In this document: one piece after another, positions 6,129-13,410 of the stretch | Layout of the letters: each line of letters starts with the position of its first letter | Numbering within the stretch: position 1 is the first letter of the stretch | Virus record (IMG/VR): IMGVR_UViG_3300035665_000039 | Coordinates: 1 to 58,431 of that record | DNA length: 58,431 nucleotides | Direction: 5' to 3' (one strand) | Source: a virus | Notes under the pieces: generated by a model | The model's database searches: none | What the model saw: only the letters and a program-made list of their open reading frames with translations | Told to the model about the DNA's origin: nothing | Translations under genes and position numbers: made by a program

Positions 6129-8201
6129 CTACTTCTCATCACTGTCGTCCTCCCCATAGGCCTCCCGCTGCTTCTTATCGTGGTTTGAAAGCAACACATC
6201 GCCCTGCAGCTCGAAGAACTCGGTCGCCTTCTCGGTGTACTTCCAGCCCGCTCTGGAGCCCGCCGAAGGCTCAAGCAAACCCTCCTGCAGCATCCGCTTG
6301 CGGATGCGTTCGATCGTGACCTCAGACACGCCCAGCGACTGAGCCAGGGGCGCCAGACCGGGCCAGTTGGTGTAGGTCAGCTTCATGACTTCGTACGCGG
6401 TCACGACCTTGCCTGCCTTGGTCTTGGCCACTTCGAACTCGAGCGGGTTGCCGTCCTGAGCGATGTAGGCGCCGCGAATCATCACGCCCTCGTCATCAAA
6501 TCGATCCAGGTCGATCTGCTTGATCTTGAAACGCTGAGGCGGTGGGAGCTCTGCGTCCTTCATCTTGGTCGTGGTGAACTCGATCATCCCGTTGGCGCCC
6601 TTGACCCAGAACTCCTGGTCCATGGCAGCCTTGAAGACCGAGCTCCCACGAGCCCGGTCCATGTCGTGGCCCGAGTGGTGAACGACCATCACATTGCAGC
6701 CGTACGGGCGCCGGATGAAGGTGTCCAGGTGCTCGATGAACCGATTCGCATCGGCTTGCTTGTTCTCATCGCCCTGGCCGAAGTTTCGGGCCAGCGTATC
6801 GAGGATGACCGACATCGGGATGTACCCGGTGTTGGCGATCATCCGCTCGATCTCGAGCCTGACCATCTCAGCCGAGTCGCCGTCCAGCATGCTGACAGCG
6901 CGCTTGCTCTTGAAGAGCGGAGCGCCAGCAAGCGACACGTTGTGATGCTTGGACCAGGCCGCAAATCGCCTGGCCAGACCGTTGTGGCCCTCGCCTGCGA
7001 TGTAGAACACCGCCCCTTGCCTGACTTCCCGGTTCATCCACCGGGTGCCCGTTGCGATGCTGGCAGCCAGGTCGGTGACCACAAACGACTTGCCCGCCCC
7101 TGATGGCCCGAAGACCATCGAGAGCGCGTCCATCTCGAGGTAGTCGCGAACGATCCACTTCACCGAGCTCAGCGTCTCGATGATCTTGTCCATGGGTTCG
7201 AACAGTGGCTCGTGCTGCTTGATCTCGCCCGTGAGCGGATCGACCGATGCGTTCGCAAGCCTGGGTGTGGGCTCGTACTTGAACTTCTCTTGCGCAGTCG
7301 ATACCGACCGCGGGATGTCCTCGTACCGTGCCTTCCAGCGATCGTCCCTGACAGCGCTCGACGCATCCATCAATGCGCGCAGGATGTTGACCACTGCGCC
7401 CGGCGCGGTGCCCGAGGCCACGAGACTGGCCGCTGCGATGTTGATCGAGTCGTGAAGCGCTTCGCCTCGCAGGATGTTGCCCGTGAGCACCTTCAAGCGC
7501 TCGTCTTGCTCACCCTGATGGATCGTGGCCCGCTCGACCGTCGCCGGCTTGCTGTGGCGTATCTCGTCCAGGTCGATGCCGAAGATCGCAGCCGCATCCG
7601 ACAGCGTGTACCTGGCCTGCGGGCGCCAGTACTCCATGCGGTGCGTCCAGTGCCCGCTAGGCCTGGGCTTTTGGTTCTGCCCCACCGGCAGCCTGACGTA
7701 CCGAACCGCGTTGTTGCCCGACAGGTCCGCCTGGATGTGGCCACGTTCGGCCATGACTGTCACAAGGCGTGACACGATCTCGATATTGGCGCAGTCTGGA
7801 TCCGCTCCGTCTAAGAAGATCCCAACCTGGCGCTTGCCGGGCGATGTCTCGAGCGACCAACTAGCAGCTCCTAGAAGCTCGTCGCTTGAAACATCGTCTG
7901 CCACTAGAGCGAGCAATCGTGCAAAATGGGATTTACGCCTGTGAAGTGACCCGTCCTTGCCCCTAGTAACCGAGCCCACGGAGAAGTAGGTGTTCTGCCT
8001 CGTCCAGCCGTCCACATCGGCCCGCATGAGCGCTGCGTTGTATGCCCGCCCTCCCCAGTTGGCGTCGGATCCGTTCGGGTTGCCGATGAATGCGTTCACC
8101 CAAACCGTTGACCCTCGAGGTGCAGCCCGTAACAGTTCCGTGAGGAACTCGCTGTTGGATGGGCTATTACCATTGTTATATTCGTTGGAACTAATCATCA
8201 T
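6129..8201 (-). CDS. Primase-helicase (N-terminal primase-like region plus RepA/AAA_25-type P-loop helicase domain), 690 aa
   Basis: Walker A in VFGPSGAGKSFVVTDLAASIATG and Walker B-like MVVHHSGH. The long N-terminal domain ending ...RRKSHFARLLALVADDV is typical of phage/plasmid primases. Confidence 0.7.
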   Translation of the reverse strand: MMISSNEYNNGNSPSNSEFLTELLRAAPRGSTVWVNAFIGNPNGSDANWGGRAYNAALMRADVDGWTRQNTYFSVGSVTRGKDGSLHRRKSHFARLLALVADDVSSDELLGAASWSLETSPGKRQVGIFLDGADPDCANIEIVSRLVTVMAERGHIQADLSGNNAVRYVRLPVGQNQKPRPSGHWTHRMEYWRPQARYTLSDAAAIFGIDLDEIRHSKPATVERATIHQGEQDERLKVLTGNILRGEALHDSINIAAASLVASGTAPGAVVNILRALMDASSAVRDDRWKARYEDIPRSVSTAQEKFKYEPTPRLANASVDPLTGEIKQHEPLFEPMDKIIETLSSVKWIVRDYLEMDALSMVFGPSGAGKSFVVTDLAASIATGTRWMNREVRQGAVFYIAGEGHNGLARRFAAWSKHHNVSLAGAPLFKSKRAVSMLDGDSAEMVRLEIERMIANTGYIPMSVILDTLARNFGQGDENKQADANRFIEHLDTFIRRPYGCNVMVVHHSGHDMDRARGSSVFKAAMDQEFWVKGANGMIEFTTTKMKDAELPPPQRFKIKQIDLDRFDDEGVMIRGAYIAQDGNPLEFEVAKTKAGKVVTAYEVMKLTYTNWPGLAPLAQSLGVSEVTIERIRKRMLQEGLLEPSAGSRAGWKYTEKATEFFELQGDVLLSNHDKKQREAYGEDDSDEK

Positions 8202-8373
8202 CCGCTTCCGCCTTTCCCTCGATACCCGAAGGGGGCGTCACGCGGTGATGCGGCTTTCGTTGCTCCGATCATTGCGAACCTTTCAATGACACGAACCATA
8301 GGGAAGACCTGGGCAGGCGGTGGTTCTAGCCGCTTTTTGCGCCGTCGCGCTAGCCCGGTCTGAATGCTCTCGC

Positions 8374-8402
8374 TTGAGGTGACTTCACGAGCGTGATACT
8401 TT
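8374..8402 (+). promoter_or_regulatory. Candidate plus-strand promoter TTGAGG-N17-TACTTT with operator-like CTTCAC-GAGC-GTGATA, pointing antisense through the cro-like gene toward the XRE gene
   Basis: Hexamers and spacing were read directly. Same architecture as the 9057 and 12463 promoters. Overlaps the stop of 8385-8585. Confidence 0.35.
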
Positions 8403-8585
8403 GCGCGGCAGGATTCCGTCCTTCGCGCGCAGCTTTCCGCCCGTGATGTGTTCAATACGCAACTGTTGCAATTTTGGAATCGAACCCCTCGACCGCCAGT
8501 TACTGATCGTCGGCTGGGTGACCCCGATCGCATGCGCAACCGCAACTTGAGTTCCGAAGTGCTTGATAACGCTGTCGATGTCCAT
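8385..8585 (-). CDS. Cro/YdaS-like HTH protein (66 aa, MDIDSVIKHFGTQVAVAHAIGVTQPTISNWRSRGSIP...)
   Basis: The HTH pattern is typical of Cro/YdaS-type regulators. Divergent from the XRE gene. Confidence 0.7.
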   Translation of the reverse strand: MDIDSVIKHFGTQVAVAHAIGVTQPTISNWRSRGSIPKLQQLRIEHITGGKLRAKDGILPRKVSRS

Positions 8586-8615
8586 GTTCTTGTTCCTGAC
8601 TGGTGGGATGTCGAG

Positions 8616-8644
8616 AGTATAGACAATGTGATAGCCAACTGCAA
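8616..8644 (-). promoter_or_regulatory. Leftward early promoter TTGCAG-N17-TATACT with TATCAC-attg-TCTATA in the spacer
   Basis: -35 at 8644-8639, -10 at 8621-8616. About 30 nt upstream of the cro-like ATG (8585). Confidence 0.55.
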
Positions 8645-8674
8645 AGCGGTCGGGCTTACCAGGGGTGGGAAGCA

Positions 8675-9022
8675 ATGACCAAGAACTTTGAAAAGCTCTC
8701 CATCGGCGGTAGGCTCCGATACCTCATGGAGGTCCGGGGGTACACCCAAGTGGCGCTTGCTCACAAAGTTGGCATCACCCAGGCGGCGATCAGCAACATC
8801 GTCACCGACAGCTCGAGGAAGCCCTCGGCCCCTACCCTACTGAAGCTGGCTGCAGCACTGCAGGCCAACCCTCAGTGGATCCTCGATGGTAAGGGTGACC
8901 CCTTCCAGATCAACACCATCGGCGCTCGAGCCGAGCAGGATCTCATCGAAGCATTCCGATCGCTCGATGACCAGGCCAAGGCCGCGATCCTCGCCGCCAT
9001 CAAGGCAATGACCAATCGTTGA
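8675..9022 (+). CDS. XRE-family HTH regulator, candidate prophage repressor (115 aa, no peptidase domain)
   Basis: LRYLMEVRGYTQVALAHKVGITQAAISNIVTDSSRKPSAPTLLKLAAAL is a classical HTH_3 pattern. Divergent from the cro-like gene. Confidence 0.75.
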   Translation: MTKNFEKLSIGGRLRYLMEVRGYTQVALAHKVGITQAAISNIVTDSSRKPSAPTLLKLAAALQANPQWILDGKGDPFQINTIGARAEQDLIEAFRSLDDQAKAAILAAIKAMTNR

Positions 9023-9056
9023 ATCTCAGGGGCTAAGTACCCCTGCGACCTCCTGT

Positions 9057-9085
9057 TTGCACGAATATCACAAGCGTGATACTAT
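9057..9085 (+). promoter_or_regulatory. Rightward early promoter TTGCAC-N17-TACTAT with perfect operator TATCAC-AAGC-GTGATA (9066-9081)
   Basis: Hexamers, 17-nt spacer, TG at the extended -10 position and a perfect 6+4+6 palindrome were read directly. Confidence 0.6.
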
Positions 9086-9145
9086 TCGTTCGTGGTCGCT
9101 TTTGACCCGACGGCCTGGCGAACCAGGACACGACAGGAGTTCGAT

Positions 9146-9307
9146 ATGTTTAATTACCTCTGTTTCTACCGCGGCAAAAAGATTTCCGTGCAGGCTCTTC
9201 GCAGCTACGACGCCCAGGTCAAGGCAGCTCAAATTTTCAAAGCCAAGAAGGCCTACGAAGTGACCGTCGTTCTGGCCGACAAACCTGTCGACCCCGCAAG
9301 CCTGTAA
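9146..9307 (+). CDS. hypothetical protein (53 aa)
   Basis: ATG 9146 after AGGAG with a 6-nt spacer. First ORF after the 9057 promoter. Confidence 0.55.
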   Translation: MFNYLCFYRGKKISVQALRSYDAQVKAAQIFKAKKAYEVTVVLADKPVDPASL

Positions 9308-9311
9308 GGAG

Positions 9312-9321
9312 TATCACAATG
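9312..9321 (+). repeat. TATCACAATG motif copy (ATG is the start of 9319-9681; preceded by GGAG)
   Basis: Exact 10-mer read directly. Confidence 0.95.
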
Positions 9322-9681
9322 CTTGATTCCAACAAAGTGATTCAACTGATTGCCATCAAAGGCACCCTGTACTTCCCCTACGGCGGAGACATGCTTTTCG
9401 GCGACAGCCCCAAGTGGGATTGCCCCGACGTGCCCAGCATGCTCATGAAGGTCTACGCCGCGGGCGACTGCGACACCATCCCCTGGCCCCTGGTACCTGG
9501 CCCCTACTCCAGCACCACTGTCGAAGGCCTTGAGCAGCGCCTTGCTTGCGCCCTGTACGACGAGCGCGAGACGAATGCCTTCTTCCCCGACGACGCAAAG
9601 ATCGCCCTGCCCGACGGCACCGTCTTTGACTTTGACGCCGTCATAGCAAACGCATCAGCCTCGCAAGGAGCTCAGGCATGA
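9319..9681 (+). CDS. hypothetical protein (120 aa)
   Basis: ORF starting at the motif ATG with GGAG upstream. Confidence 0.65.
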   Translation: MLDSNKVIQLIAIKGTLYFPYGGDMLFGDSPKWDCPDVPSMLMKVYAAGDCDTIPWPLVPGPYSSTTVEGLEQRLACALYDERETNAFFPDDAKIALPDGTVFDFDAVIANASASQGAQA

Positions 9682-9863
9682 AAAAGCAACGCCTCACCAA
9701 AGAGCAACGCGCAGCGGTCGATCGCTATGAGTTTTGCCTGCGCCAGGAAGACCGCTACCTCGGCAGCGTGTTCGCCAACGCGCACGGTCAGCGACTGGTC
9801 GAAGCCAAGACTCGCGAAGCTTACGAGGCAGCCAAGCGCCTCGGCGTCAACCACCTTTGCTAG
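9678..9863 (+). CDS. hypothetical protein (61 aa)
   Basis: ATGA overlap with the upstream gene. Confidence 0.55.
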   Translation: MKKQRLTKEQRAAVDRYEFCLRQEDRYLGSVFANAHGQRLVEAKTREAYEAAKRLGVNHLC

Positions 9864-9867
9864 GAAA

Positions 9868-9877
9868 TATCACAATG
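9868..9877 (+). repeat. TATCACAATG motif copy (ATG is the start of 9875-10084)
   Basis: Exact 10-mer, preceded by AGGAAA. Confidence 0.95.
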
Positions 9878-10084
9878 CTTGTACAAGTCTTTTACGCCTT
9901 CATCCCTCTCGACTACCAGCGCCCTGGCGGCGTCTGGTGGTACCGCACTCTCACCCATGGAGAGGCAAACGAGTTCATCGAGACGATCAAGAGCTGTGCA
10001 ACCGCGATCCGGTTGTCGACTCGTTTCGTTGTGCAGGACCCCGACAACATCAAACCCCCGGCGGACGCCGCCATCATCAAGTAA
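9875..10084 (+). CDS. hypothetical protein (69 aa, MLVQVFYAFIPLDYQRPGG...)
   Basis: Internal ATG of the 9734-10084 ORF, supplied by the motif. Confidence 0.55.
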   Translation: MLVQVFYAFIPLDYQRPGGVWWYRTLTHGEANEFIETIKSCATAIRLSTRFVVQDPDNIKPPADAAIIK

Positions 10085-10097
10085 ATAGGAGAACGAT

Positions 10098-10364
10098 ATG
10101 AAGTTTGAATCAAAGAACGAACCAGCAGAACGCATCAAGCAGCCAGTCTTCGTGCTGCATGGCATCGCCTACTTGCCCAGCTACGACAAGCCCCATCGTT
10201 GGATCGGGCCCGGCCCCCGGCAGACGCGCTCGACCTACACAACGCTCGAGCTCCTCGAGGCCCAGGCCGAGCTCAAGTCTCACCCTCTCTGGCCGCGGTT
10301 CTGGATTGACGAACAAGCGATCGCGATCATCAACGGGCAGGCCGTCGCCGAAGGGGTCAACTGA
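10098..10364 (+). CDS. hypothetical protein (88 aa)
   Basis: ORF with AGGAGAA upstream. Confidence 0.6.
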   Translation: MKFESKNEPAERIKQPVFVLHGIAYLPSYDKPHRWIGPGPRQTRSTYTTLELLEAQAELKSHPLWPRFWIDEQAIAIINGQAVAEGVN

Positions 10365-10624
10365 TGGCCTTCATTGTTCGCGATAACGAGATCGTTCCAA
10401 TCCCTATCCAGCCTGGTAAGCGCGTGAAGATCGGAAGCTCGTACGAGCCGCCCGCGGTCAACTACGTCGAGTACGACCAGCTATGGGTGCAAGACATCAT
10501 GGCCTTCGGGAAGACGCCCTGGTCGTGGATTCGCTGGAAGGTCCCTGAGTGGATCTTCTGGTTCGTCTGCTGGTCTTCGTTTGCCTACGCGCTAGGCGTT
10601 GTAGCGAAGAGGTACTGGCAATGA
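10364..10624 (+). CDS. hypothetical protein with C-terminal hydrophobic segment (86 aa)
   Basis: TGATG overlap with the upstream gene. The segment WIFWFVCWSSFAYALGVV looks like a transmembrane helix. Confidence 0.55.
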   Translation: MAFIVRDNEIVPIPIQPGKRVKIGSSYEPPAVNYVEYDQLWVQDIMAFGKTPWSWIRWKVPEWIFWFVCWSSFAYALGVVAKRYWQ

Positions 10625-10911
10625 GCATCGATGCGATGAAGAAAGCCTGCAGCGTGATGGCCAATGCGCGCGATTACATTGGCGCCAGCGAACCGGAGCC
10701 GTGGCCCATGGAGCAGCAGTACGACGAGCTCCAGGACGCGATCAACATGCTAGCAAGAGCCATCAAAGAGGCAGAAGAGCGTGAATGGGTTGGGCTGACG
10801 GATGAGGAAGCGGACGAGTATTGGGATGAAAGCGTAAGCACGGGGTGTCGATTGTCTTTTGGCATGGGCGTCGATTATGCAAACAAAGCTCTAAAGGAGA
10901 AGAATACATGA
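10621..10911 (+). CDS. hypothetical acidic protein (96 aa)
   Basis: Internal ATG 10621 with an ATGA overlap. Confidence 0.55.
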   Translation: MSIDAMKKACSVMANARDYIGASEPEPWPMEQQYDELQDAINMLARAIKEAEEREWVGLTDEEADEYWDESVSTGCRLSFGMGVDYANKALKEKNT

Positions 10912-11099
10912 GTAACGCCGTTTTTCCCGACCCCCGAAAGCCTAGCAAGCTATTTCCACCTAACGGCCCGTTTGCGCCTCACCGTTGCGCTATCTGTCAA
11001 GGGAAATTTGAGGAGGGCCAGCAGTTTTACAACTATGGAGAAGGTCAGGTTGTTCACACGGCTTGCCGATTTCTTTTGCCAAAGGAGAAGAACACATGA
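10908..11099 (+). CDS. hypothetical Cys-containing protein (63 aa)
   Basis: ATGA overlap. Contains CAICQG...HTAC. Confidence 0.5.
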   Translation: MSNAVFPDPRKPSKLFPPNGPFAPHRCAICQGKFEEGQQFYNYGEGQVVHTACRFLLPKEKNT

Positions 11100-11130
11100 C
11101 ACGAGACGACATCAGAGCAAGGGGTGAGCA

Positions 11131-11406
11131 ATGAGTAAACACACACCGGGGCCGTGGTACATCGACCCGATTAAAGCGCACGCCAACGGTAACCGCCGGA
11201 TCATGGCTGAACAATGCACGCCGGTTGCGGTAGTGCCGGACCATTTAGTTGCGGACGCCCGCCTGATCGCCGCTGCGCCTGATCTGCTGGAGGCGTTGCA
11301 GCAGGTTGTCCACGAATGGGACACGAACCCAAACGTAATCACATACGCTGAATTGATGCGTGCATCCCGCGCCGCCATCGCTAAAGCGACTGGGGGTGAG
11401 GGATGA
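11131..11406 (+). CDS. hypothetical protein with HTPGPW N-terminus (91 aa)
   Basis: HTPGPW...ADARLIAAAPDLLEAL is a pattern I recognise from many phage hypothetical proteins. A 12-codon mini-ORF (11096-11134) precedes it with an ATGA overlap. Confidence 0.6.
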   Translation: MSKHTPGPWYIDPIKAHANGNRRIMAEQCTPVAVVPDHLVADARLIAAAPDLLEALQQVVHEWDTNPNVITYAELMRASRAAIAKATGGEG

Positions 11407-11416
11407 CCGGAGCCTC

Positions 11417-12370
11417 TCAAACCGGCGCCCCTCGAAAGTACGCCGTGCCGTCGATTGTCTCGACTAGCTCAGGCATCAAGAGTTTGCCATTGTGATACGT
11501 CAAGACAGCAAACCCGGAGCACCACGGCACCGGGTTGTCTTCAATGTAGCGAAACGCCTTGCTATCAGGATCGGCCAGCATGCCTGTAGATACACCGTAT
11601 CGACGGCCGCGGTAGTCGCCCCAAGGTTTGACTTCAAGCAAATGCGTGTGGCCGGTGATGGCGTTCAGGCCTGACTTGAGCGTGTTGTTGTAGCCGCTGT
11701 GAATCCCGGAGTGCTGCATGCGGTGCTTGATCATGGTGTTTTCGTTGACGGCTAGCGACCAGCTAACAGTCCACTCGGGTATGTGATCAGCGAGCCTGGT
11801 GCCGGAAATGTCTCGGTACTCAGGCACCTGCCCTGCCAGGCGCTTGTCAAATCGAATGTCATGGTTGCCAACGGTCCGATGCAAGATCGTTCCCAGTCCT
11901 TTGCAGGCCTTGACGATTTGATCCATGTGCCATTGCACGGCCTCGAGCTCTTCCTTCAGTGTGGCCTTCGGGCTCCAGTCCTCCGGCCCGTATCGACTGA
12001 TCGTGCCCCCATCGAGGATGTCGCCGTTCGCGACCACAAGCTGCGGTTTGAGTCGCTTGATCAGCTTGAGCATTGCCTTGAACGCAGGGCTCGACTCTTG
12101 CGGCATGAAGTGGGCATCCGAGAAGACAATTACAACCCCTTCAATCTCGGCAACGCTGCGGATCCTGTCTTCCTTGTGAAGAATCGTGCGTCGCCCCAAC
12201 CTTTGGTCATTGTGTGCCGGAAGCTCAATGTTTAATCGAGCCTCAATGGAATTCCGGCGATGTAAGACCGCTCGTTCGGCCATCTCAAGTTCTTTAGCAA
12301 CCAACTTAGCACTGCCAAGCCTGTTCCATAAGTCAATGAAATCCTGTTCAGGAACCTTCGGCTTAGCCAT
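11417..12370 (-). CDS. Calcineurin-like metallophosphoesterase with N-terminal HTH-like region (317 aa)
   Basis: Motifs VIVFSDAHF, GDILDG, GNHD and GHTHL. Lone minus-strand gene inside a plus-strand block. GGAG with a 6-nt spacer before ATG 12370. Confidence 0.7.
   Translation of the reverse strand: MAKPKVPEQDFIDLWNRLGSAKLVAKELEMAERAVLHRRNSIEARLNIELPAHNDQRLGRRTILHKEDRIRSVAEIEGVVIVFSDAHFMPQESSPAFKAMLKLIKRLKPQLVVANGDILDGGTISRYGPEDWSPKATLKEELEAVQWHMDQIVKACKGLGTILHRTVGNHDIRFDKRLAGQVPEYRDISGTRLADHIPEWTVSWSLAVNENTMIKHRMQHSGIHSGYNNTLKSGLNAITGHTHLLEVKPWGDYRGRRYGVSTGMLADPDSKAFRYIEDNPVPWCSGFAVLTYHNGKLLMPELVETIDGTAYFRGAPV
11488..11497 (-). repeat. TATCACAATG motif copy inside the phosphoesterase CDS (encodes YHNG)
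   Basis: Exact 10-mer on the minus strand. Confidence 0.95.
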
Positions 12371-12401
12371 CTACTGCTCCAAAATCTAAAAAGCTGTGCG
12401 G

Positions 12402-12415
12402 CTTATATCACAATT
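12402..12415 (-). promoter_or_regulatory. Candidate extended -10 (TGATATAAG) for the phosphoesterase gene, overlapping the plus-strand variant TATCACAATT
   Basis: Read directly. No good -35. Confidence 0.3.
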
Positions 12416-12462
12416 CGCTTATATATGGAATGAAGCACGTTCGCACCACGGCGATCGGCCGT

Positions 12463-12492
12463 TTGACATCGATATCACGCTTGTGATACTCT
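12463..12492 (+). promoter_or_regulatory. Promoter TTGACA-N18-TACTCT with perfect operator TATCAC-GCTT-GTGATA (12473-12488)
   Basis: Consensus -35 and a perfect palindrome in the spacer. About 65 nt upstream of ATG 12557. Confidence 0.6.
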
Positions 12493-12556
12493 TTGTCTGT
12501 CGGTTGATTGATCGACACCGACCCGGCGGTTCCGGGCGCTCCCAAGGGGACACAAC

Positions 12557-12742
12557 ATGGCACTTCAGATCGAAATCAAAACTGTCTACGGCGAGGTCAA
12601 GTACTACCCCGTCAACGACGCAGCCAAGACTTTTGCCGCGATCGCCGGCACCAAGACCCTCAGCATCGACAACCTCAAGCGCATCAAGTCGCTCGGCATC
12701 GCCATCGAGTACGTCGAGGCCCTCGCCTTCGCCCGCGTCTGA
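12557..12742 (+). CDS. hypothetical protein (61 aa)
   Basis: First ORF after the 12463 promoter. Confidence 0.55.
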   Translation: MALQIEIKTVYGEVKYYPVNDAAKTFAAIAGTKTLSIDNLKRIKSLGIAIEYVEALAFARV

Positions 12743-12751
12743 TCAAGGAGA

Positions 12752-12761
12752 TATCACAATG
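12752..12761 (+). repeat. TATCACAATG motif copy (ATG is the start of 12759-13076; preceded by GGAG)
   Basis: Exact 10-mer. Confidence 0.95.
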
Positions 12762-13076
12762 CCTACGTTCAACATGGCAGTTCGCGACGGCAGCATGATC
12801 GAGACCAAGTACTCGCCGATCGTCGTCATCGCCGGCACCGAGACCCACAAACTCGCCCTGCACCAGCTTCCCTCCGGTCACTGGGTCGTCAGCGATCCCA
12901 AGTCCGGCGCCAAGATCGTCAGCGTGCATGGCCAGTACAAGGGCATCCGCACCAGCAGCCGCGGCCTGACCAAGCGCGAGCTCCGCGTCTACGCCCTCGC
13001 CTCCGTCGAGGCCCTGATCGAGCAGATCGGCAGCGACAAGTTCAACGCCGTTCTGGCCAACCCGAAACCCTTCTGA
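12759..13076 (+). CDS. hypothetical protein (105 aa, MPTFNMAVRDGSMIETKY...)
   Basis: Internal ATG of the 12396-13076 ORF, supplied by the motif. Confidence 0.6.
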   Translation: MPTFNMAVRDGSMIETKYSPIVVIAGTETHKLALHQLPSGHWVVSDPKSGAKIVSVHGQYKGIRTSSRGLTKRELRVYALASVEALIEQIGSDKFNAVLANPKPF

Positions 13077-13080
13077 GGAG

Positions 13081-13090
13081 TATCACAATG
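13081..13090 (+). repeat. TATCACAATG motif copy (ATG is the start of 13088-13399; preceded by GAGGAG)
   Basis: Exact 10-mer. 22 nt (AGGAGTATCACAATGCTTGATT) are identical to the 9306-9327 copy. Confidence 0.95.
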
Positions 13091-13399
13091 CTTGATTTAG
13101 ACGACATCAACATCATCGAGGGCACCGAGCCCGTCGAAGACGAGCTCACCTACTACCTCGCGATCCAGCGCGCCATCAACGACGGCAGCGCCTGGAAGTT
13201 TCAGGGCAGCTACGGTCGCGCCATGATGGCCGCGATCGAGTCCGGCGCCTGCATGCTCGGACCCCGCCCCGCTCGCGATTACTGGGGTAACAAGATCCCC
13301 GCTCGCGACGAAGTCAAGGAAGGCACCAAGGGCAGCTACGAGTACGTCGCCGACCAGTACGGCGCCGACTGGGCCTTCGACATGTTCAAAGTTAACTAG
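13088..13399 (+). CDS. hypothetical protein (103 aa)
   Basis: ORF starting at the motif ATG. Confidence 0.65.
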   Translation: MLDLDDINIIEGTEPVEDELTYYLAIQRAINDGSAWKFQGSYGRAMMAAIESGACMLGPRPARDYWGNKIPARDEVKEGTKGSYEYVADQYGADWAFDMFKVN

Positions 13400-13410
13400 G
13401 AGATACCGCT

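Noticed and set aside
8198-8764. A 188-aa minus-strand ORF spanning the switch region and the cro-like gene.
   Set aside because: It reads through the divergent promoter region in a different frame from the convincing 66-aa Cro/YdaS-like ORF, and its composition is low complexity.
9027-9045. The hairpin CAGGGG-ctaagta-CCCCTG after the XRE gene as a terminator.
   Set aside because: It has only a 6-bp stem and no U-tract follows. It lies just upstream of the 9057 promoter, so a terminator role is unproven.
9312-9321. TATCAC of the motif acting as a -10 for leaderless mRNAs that start at the motif ATG.
   Set aside because: The A of the ATG is only 2 nt downstream of the hexamer, too close for a normal start site. 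Most copies also lack a -35 at the right distance.
12396-13076. Long versions of ORFs (12396-13076 at 226 aa; also 15192-15890, 20149-21387, 21549-21833, 21946-22446, 10549-10911, 39228-39866).
   Set aside because: The N-terminal extensions are Pro/Arg/Ser-rich, cross promoters or overlap upstream genes. Internal ATGs with SD or ATGA coupling give sensible proteins.
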